From: Candidatus Woesebacteria bacterium
Lineage (GTDB): Bacteria > Patescibacteriota > Microgenomatia > UBA8517
NCBI GenBank assembly: GCA_013426185.1
Contig: CP058602.1
Coordinates: forward strand, 206,873-270,872
Direction: 5' to 3'
Length of the DNA: 64,000 nucleotides
Notes under the pieces: model-generated
Told to the model about the DNA's origin: nothing
Database searches by the model: none
What the model saw: the letters and a program-made list of their open reading frames with translations, nothing else
Shown: piece after piece, positions 60,012 through 64,000 of the stretch
How positions within the stretch are numbered: position 1 is the stretch's first letter
Layout: each line of letters starts with the position of its first letter
Position numbers and translations under genes: made by a program

Positions 60012-61100
60012 TTAGGCTAAAGCTTCTTCGTAAACTTCAAGTGTTTTTCGTGCAGCTTCATGCCAAGAGAACATCTTTAATCTCTTTTCCCCTTCCTTTA
60101 CTAGACTCTTTTGTCTCAAAAGGGCTGTTTTTATACCATCCGCAATATCTGACTCATCATATGGATTAACCAAAATTGCTGCTTTTCCTGCTACCTCAGG
60201 AAGACTTGAAACATTTGAGGTCACAACTGGACAGCCACAGGCAAAAGCCTCAAGGATAGGCAATCCAAACCCTTCGTACAAAGACGGATAGACCAAGGCC
60301 GATGCGCTATTGTAAAGCCTTCTTAATTCATTCTTAGTCACTTGACCTGCAAAAATGACTCCCCTTTTGCCCTGAAATTCGGAGATCTTCTCTCCAACCA
60401 CAATCAGTTTTAAGTCTTTACCCGCCTTAACTAAATCAAAAGCCGAAATTATACGATCTAGATTCTTTCTCTTGTTTGTACCGACAGCTAAAATAAAATT
60501 ATCAGCACGATATTTTTTCCTAACCGAATCTTTTTCCTTTGAAGAAATCTTTTTATAAAAAGGGTCGACTGCCTCAGGAATAACTTTAATTTTTCTTCTG
60601 TCAAACTTTAAAAGCAGAAGATCCTCATAAGTTGCCTGGCTTGGAACAATGATTCTATCAACTTCCTTTTTTATCCACTTTAATCTATTTTTTGTTACCT
60701 CAACTATTTTGGGGTGTGTCAACTTTGGGAATCGCAAAGGAGAAAGATCGTGAATTGTTGTTACACGAAAACCATAAGAAGGAGGTTGAACCCAATCAGA
60801 AGAATGAAAAACATTAAGTCTCCCAGTAAAAGTTTCAACCGGCAAAATATGCCATTTGTTCCAAAGCCAATCAAGAAAAGTTGGAGGCAAATGGAAAATA
60901 CGGCTTTTGACACGAGAGCCGTACTTATAATCAAGACTTTTAGCAAAGCTAATCAAGCCCTCTCTCCTTCTAAAAGAACCACCAAAAAGGAGATATTCGT
61001 TCTTTACATCAACTTCAAGAAGGCTTTTAACCAAGTTTTCAGTATAAATAGAAACTCCGGTTGAATAAACAATTTGCGATATATCAATTCCTATTCTCAT
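60012..61100 (-). CDS. GT4 glycosyltransferase
   Basis: TIHD, RKN, YPSLYEGFGLPILEAFACG. Confidence 0.92.
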   Translation of the reverse strand: MRIGIDISQIVYSTGVSIYTENLVKSLLEVDVKNEYLLFGGSFRRREGLISFAKSLDYKYGSRVKSRIFHLPPTFLDWLWNKWHILPVETFTGRLNVFHSSDWVQPPSYGFRVTTIHDLSPLRFPKLTHPKIVEVTKNRLKWIKKEVDRIIVPSQATYEDLLLLKFDRRKIKVIPEAVDPFYKKISSKEKDSVRKKYRADNFILAVGTNKRKNLDRIISAFDLVKAGKDLKLIVVGEKISEFQGKRGVIFAGQVTKNELRRLYNSASALVYPSLYEGFGLPILEAFACGCPVVTSNVSSLPEVAGKAAILVNPYDESDIADGIKTALLRQKSLVKEGEKRLKMFSWHEAARKTLEVYEEALA

Positions 61101-61129
61101 TTGGTTTCTTATTATCTCATAAAATAAAT

Positions 61130-61744
61130 TCAGGAGAGATATCTGTAAGTAGATTCTTCTAAAGTCTTTCTAACCTCATTCCAGTCAACATCAACCAAAA
61201 ATTCAGGATCGGGTTGTTTTTCTGCTTCTTCAAAATAAACAAGAGATTTTAAAATATGAGACATTTGATAATTTACTCCCTTAAACTTCTTCTCAAAAAG
61301 AGCTAAAAGCTCACCAAGACCGAACTTCTGCAAAATAAAATAAAGATCAATAAAATCTTTTTTGCTTCCTCTTGAGGATATTGCTGAAAGCTTCATACAA
61401 GCAATATCTTCAAGGGAGGCAACCTTAACTTGATCAAATTCAAGAAAATCACCAACCAAAGGATACTTATATTCTAAAAAGCTAACCTTAACATCATCGA
61501 TATATAAATCAAGTGTTCCTTTATCTTGATTAATAACCTTAGGATTAAGGGTTTTAAGTTTGGCCATTAGAATTTCAAACTTAGGAAAAGAAGAGGAAAA
61601 AAAATCAAGATCAATCGATTTTCTGTGCCCCAAAATCAAAGATAAAGCAGTGCCACCTGCAAGATAGAAGTTGTCTAAGACTTGAGTTTCTCTTATTTTT
61701 CTTAAAACCTGTCTTGTCTTTGAATCAATGGCTTTCTCAAACAT
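61130..61744 (-). CDS. AbiEii-family nucleotidyltransferase (type IV TA toxin-like)
   Basis: FYLAGGTAL...GHRKSIDLDFF, KLSAI..R...KDFIDLY; SD AAAGGAGG. Confidence 0.88.
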   Translation of the reverse strand: MFEKAIDSKTRQVLRKIRETQVLDNFYLAGGTALSLILGHRKSIDLDFFSSSFPKFEILMAKLKTLNPKVINQDKGTLDLYIDDVKVSFLEYKYPLVGDFLEFDQVKVASLEDIACMKLSAISSRGSKKDFIDLYFILQKFGLGELLALFEKKFKGVNYQMSHILKSLVYFEEAEKQPDPEFLVDVDWNEVRKTLEESTYRYLS

Positions 61745-61995
61745 AAAACCTCCTTTCTTGGAACCTTTAAAATTAAAGCATAAAAATTGGCACTTTTAAA
61801 TGACAAGTTACGAGAATTCTTCAAAACATTTTTAATATCTTCAAGAGAATAAAGTTTTTTTAAATCTTCAAAATCACAAACATCACCAAATTCAAGAACC
61901 CTCTCTATGATAAATTCTTTGTTTTTATCCTTTTCTAAAGTGGAAAAATCTATATCCCAGAAAAGTTTCTTGAAATACAAAGGAAGACTACTCAT
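61702..61995 (-). CDS. DUF6922-type small partner protein (putative antitoxin)
   Basis: LFWD...IIERVLEFGD motif; overlaps the downstream nucleotidyltransferase gene. Confidence 0.8.
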   Translation of the reverse strand: MSSLPLYFKKLFWDIDFSTLEKDKNKEFIIERVLEFGDVCDFEDLKKLYSLEDIKNVLKNSRNLSFKSANFYALILKVPRKEVLCLRKPLIQRQDRF

Positions 61996-62023
61996 TGATG
62001 CTTAATTATACCATTCTCAACTG

Positions 62024-62517
62024 AAAACTTAAAAGTCAAAAGTCAAAAATTAGATTACAGATTACAGAATACAGATTAGAGAATATAGAACAAAATTACA
62101 AATTCCAAATTACCCGCCTGCAAAAGCTATCGCTTTAGCGATTGCGGGCAGGCAAATTACAAATTCCAATATACAAACAAATTACAAGAACCAAATTACA
62201 AACCCATTAAGGAATATGGATTTAGGATTTAGGATTTAGGATTTAGGATTTAGGATTTAGGATTTATGAATTTTTGCTTTCTACTTACTACTTTCTACTT
62301 GCATTCCCTGCGTAATACATAATACAAGATACTAGATACAATCTTTCGGCCGGATTCGACTAGCTTTGACTAAATTCCGATAGCCGATAGCTGATGACTA
62401 ATGTCCGACATCCGACAGCCAATGTCTTATGTCTGATATCCGATAGCTGATGTCCGAAGTCTGATGTCCGACATCCGAGATCCGACCTCTTTTACCTTTT
62501 AACTTTTACCTTTTACC
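62024..62517. repeat. Mosaic array of successive 7-bp tandem-repeat families
   Basis: AAAAGTC-type x4, AGAWTAC-type x5, AAATTMC-type x~9, GGATTTA x7 perfect (62218-62266), CTTWCTA x3, WRATACW x4, CYRAYRK-type x16 (62377-62488), TTTTAMC x4. Confidence 0.95.
62114..62153. repeat. GC-rich REP-like hairpin inserted within the heptamer array
   Basis: CCGCCTGC...ATCGCT-TT-AGCGAT...GCGGGCAGGC, flanked on both sides by AAATTAC. Confidence 0.7.
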
Positions 62518-62547
62518 TACCAAACAAAAATTTGTTAAAATCAAGGA

Positions 62548-63222
62548 ATGAGTAAAAGAAAAATATTTATCGTCATTCCAGCTTATAACGAAGCGAAGGT
62601 TATTCATAAAGTTATTTCTGATATCAGAAAAGAGGGATTCAAAAATATAGTTGTGGTTGATGATGGATCAAATGATGATACAAAAAAGGTAGCTTCAAAA
62701 GCAAAGGCTAAAGTTTTAAGTCATTTTATCAACCGAGGAAAAGGAGCGGCTGTTAAAACAGGCCTTGAATACGCAAAATTAGAAAAGGCCGATATCGTGG
62801 TAACTATAGATGGCGACGGTCAGCATAACCCTAAAGATATTAAAAGAATGATCAAAAAAATAGATGAAGGATACGATATCGTTCTTGGTTCACGCTTTCT
62901 TAACAAAAAAAATAAAATGCCTCTTTTCAATAGATTAGCAAACCACCTTGCCAACATCATTGTCTTCCTAACTTACAGTCTCTGGGTTTCAGATTCCCAA
63001 TCAGGATTCAGAGCCTACACAAGAAAAGCTTTAGAAAAAATAGACACAAGGCTTGATAGATATGAATTTGATAGTGAAGTAATAAGAGAAATAGCAAAAC
63101 ATAAAATCAAGTTCTGCGAGACACCAATAGATGTTTTTTACACCCAATACTCAATTTCAAAAACCCAAAAGCAAAGCCTAAAAAATGGAATAAAAACACT
63201 AATAAAAATTCTTATCTCATAG
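62548..63222 (+). CDS. DPM1-like GT2 (polyprenol-phosphate sugar synthase)
   Basis: IPAYNE, VDDGS.D, NRGKG, DGDGQH, GSRF, DSQSGFR. Confidence 0.92.
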   Translation: MSKRKIFIVIPAYNEAKVIHKVISDIRKEGFKNIVVVDDGSNDDTKKVASKAKAKVLSHFINRGKGAAVKTGLEYAKLEKADIVVTIDGDGQHNPKDIKRMIKKIDEGYDIVLGSRFLNKKNKMPLFNRLANHLANIIVFLTYSLWVSDSQSGFRAYTRKALEKIDTRLDRYEFDSEVIREIAKHKIKFCETPIDVFYTQYSISKTQKQSLKNGIKTLIKILIS

Positions 63223-63277
63223 CTAAATACCTCTTAAACTTTAAATTGAATAACTTTTATATTAAGATATAAATATT

Positions 63278-63628
63278 ATGATTTGGGGAATTTCTATTAT
63301 CCGCTGGGTTTTAATAATTTTGGCCGTATTTATGGTAATTGATCGCGTCCTAAAATTCACAAGACGAGAATCAGGGCAAACACTTTTTAAATTGGTTTCA
63401 TCGGTCCTGATATGGGGAATCATTCTAGCTATTTCAATTTATCCCGATTTTGCCTACTTTATCGCCAGAAAACTAGGTATGGGAGAAAATCTAAACACTT
63501 TAATTTTCTTTGGTTTTGTAGTTGTTTTTATGCTTATCTTCAAAATCTTGTCTATTATTGAACATATAGAACAACAAATAACTGAAGTGGTAAGAACCAC
63601 CGCTATCAAAAAAGAAATAAAAAAATAG
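63278..63628 (+). CDS. DUF2304-like small membrane protein
   Basis: Three TMs, P......A..LG, C-terminal EQQITEVVR..A; the usual partner of DPM1-like GT2. Confidence 0.8.
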   Translation: MIWGISIIRWVLIILAVFMVIDRVLKFTRRESGQTLFKLVSSVLIWGIILAISIYPDFAYFIARKLGMGENLNTLIFFGFVVVFMLIFKILSIIEHIEQQITEVVRTTAIKKEIKK

Positions 63629-64000
63629 ATGCTTCACTTGGTAAAAGAAAGTGCAAACAAGATAAAAGAAAAAATTCAAAGCAAAACGCTCCATTTCCCT
63701 AAAAACAAAAAAATTGTAGTTTATCCACTGCCAATTTACAAAAATCAGCTGGCAGACGCAAAAAAAGAAAAAATAGAAAAATTTTATGGAAAAATAGACG
63801 ACAAAAAAGCAGCATTAAAATTTGGAGCCAAAAATATAAAAGAATTTTCCTTCTGGGCATGGAGAAGCTGTGGTATAGCTTGCCTTCAGATGATCCTCAA
63901 AAACAACAAAAAAACTATGGAACTCGTTAACGATGGCATTCGAAAAAATGGCTATATATTCAAAAACGATATCGGCTGGAAGCATCAAGCTCTAGTTAAA
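63629..64000 (+). CDS. C39 peptidase-like protein, N-terminal part (runs off window)
   Basis: Manual translation: open from ATG 63629 to the window end; ...FWAWRSCGIACLQMIL...GY....IGWKH. Confidence 0.6.
   Translation, partial: MLHLVKESANKIKEKIQSKTLHFPKNKKIVVYPLPIYKNQLADAKKEKIEKFYGKIDDKKAALKFGAKNIKEFSFWAWRSCGIACLQMILKNNKKTMELVNDGIRKNGYIFKNDIGWKHQALVK

Noticed and set aside
727-61064. Many short ORF-track entries antisense to, or nested within, identified genes (e.g. 1719..2159, 29734..30219, 30567..31229, 32040..32495)
   Set aside because: They overlap well-supported genes and lack motifs; typical shadow ORFs
62024-62517. CRISPR array
   Set aside because: No 23-47-bp repeats with unique spacers, only 7-bp tandem units; no cas genes in the window
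61130-64000. Diversity-generating retroelement or retron associated with the repeats
   Set aside because: No reverse transcriptase, Avd-like gene or TR/VR pair in the window

Overview
AT-rich bacterial chromosome segment whose gene content and style are consistent with a Patescibacteria/CPR (Microgenomates-like) genome; the taxonomy is an inference. Most genes lie on the G/T-rich minus strand. Contents: dnaE (partial), GGDEF, gatB, MFS, gatA, gatC; htpX, lemA, polX; four solitary tRNAs (Asp, Gly, Thr, Val); two glycosyltransferase/Wzx/Wzy-type surface-glycan clusters (14.1-21.0 kb and 45.6-63.6 kb); a guaB-like gene, lepB, parB, rpmA, rplU, rodA, ileS; a reduced dcw cluster (mraZ to ftsZ); glyQS and recO; and an AbiEii-type toxin-antitoxin pair. 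Most unusual signals: (1) a ~495-bp intergenic mosaic of about 8 different, abutting 7-bp tandem-repeat families with partly inverted arrangement and an inserted hairpin, lying next to the TA pair inside the glycan locus; (2) two otherwise intact genes each broken by a single in-frame stop one base away from TGG, one of them in a YDWR-type motif; (3) an ORF-less IS200/IS605-like end pair followed by a perfect 30-bp palindrome; (4) an IleRS with GVHH/PMHKS in place of HIGH/KMSKS; (5) pervasive leaderless-type promoter architecture.
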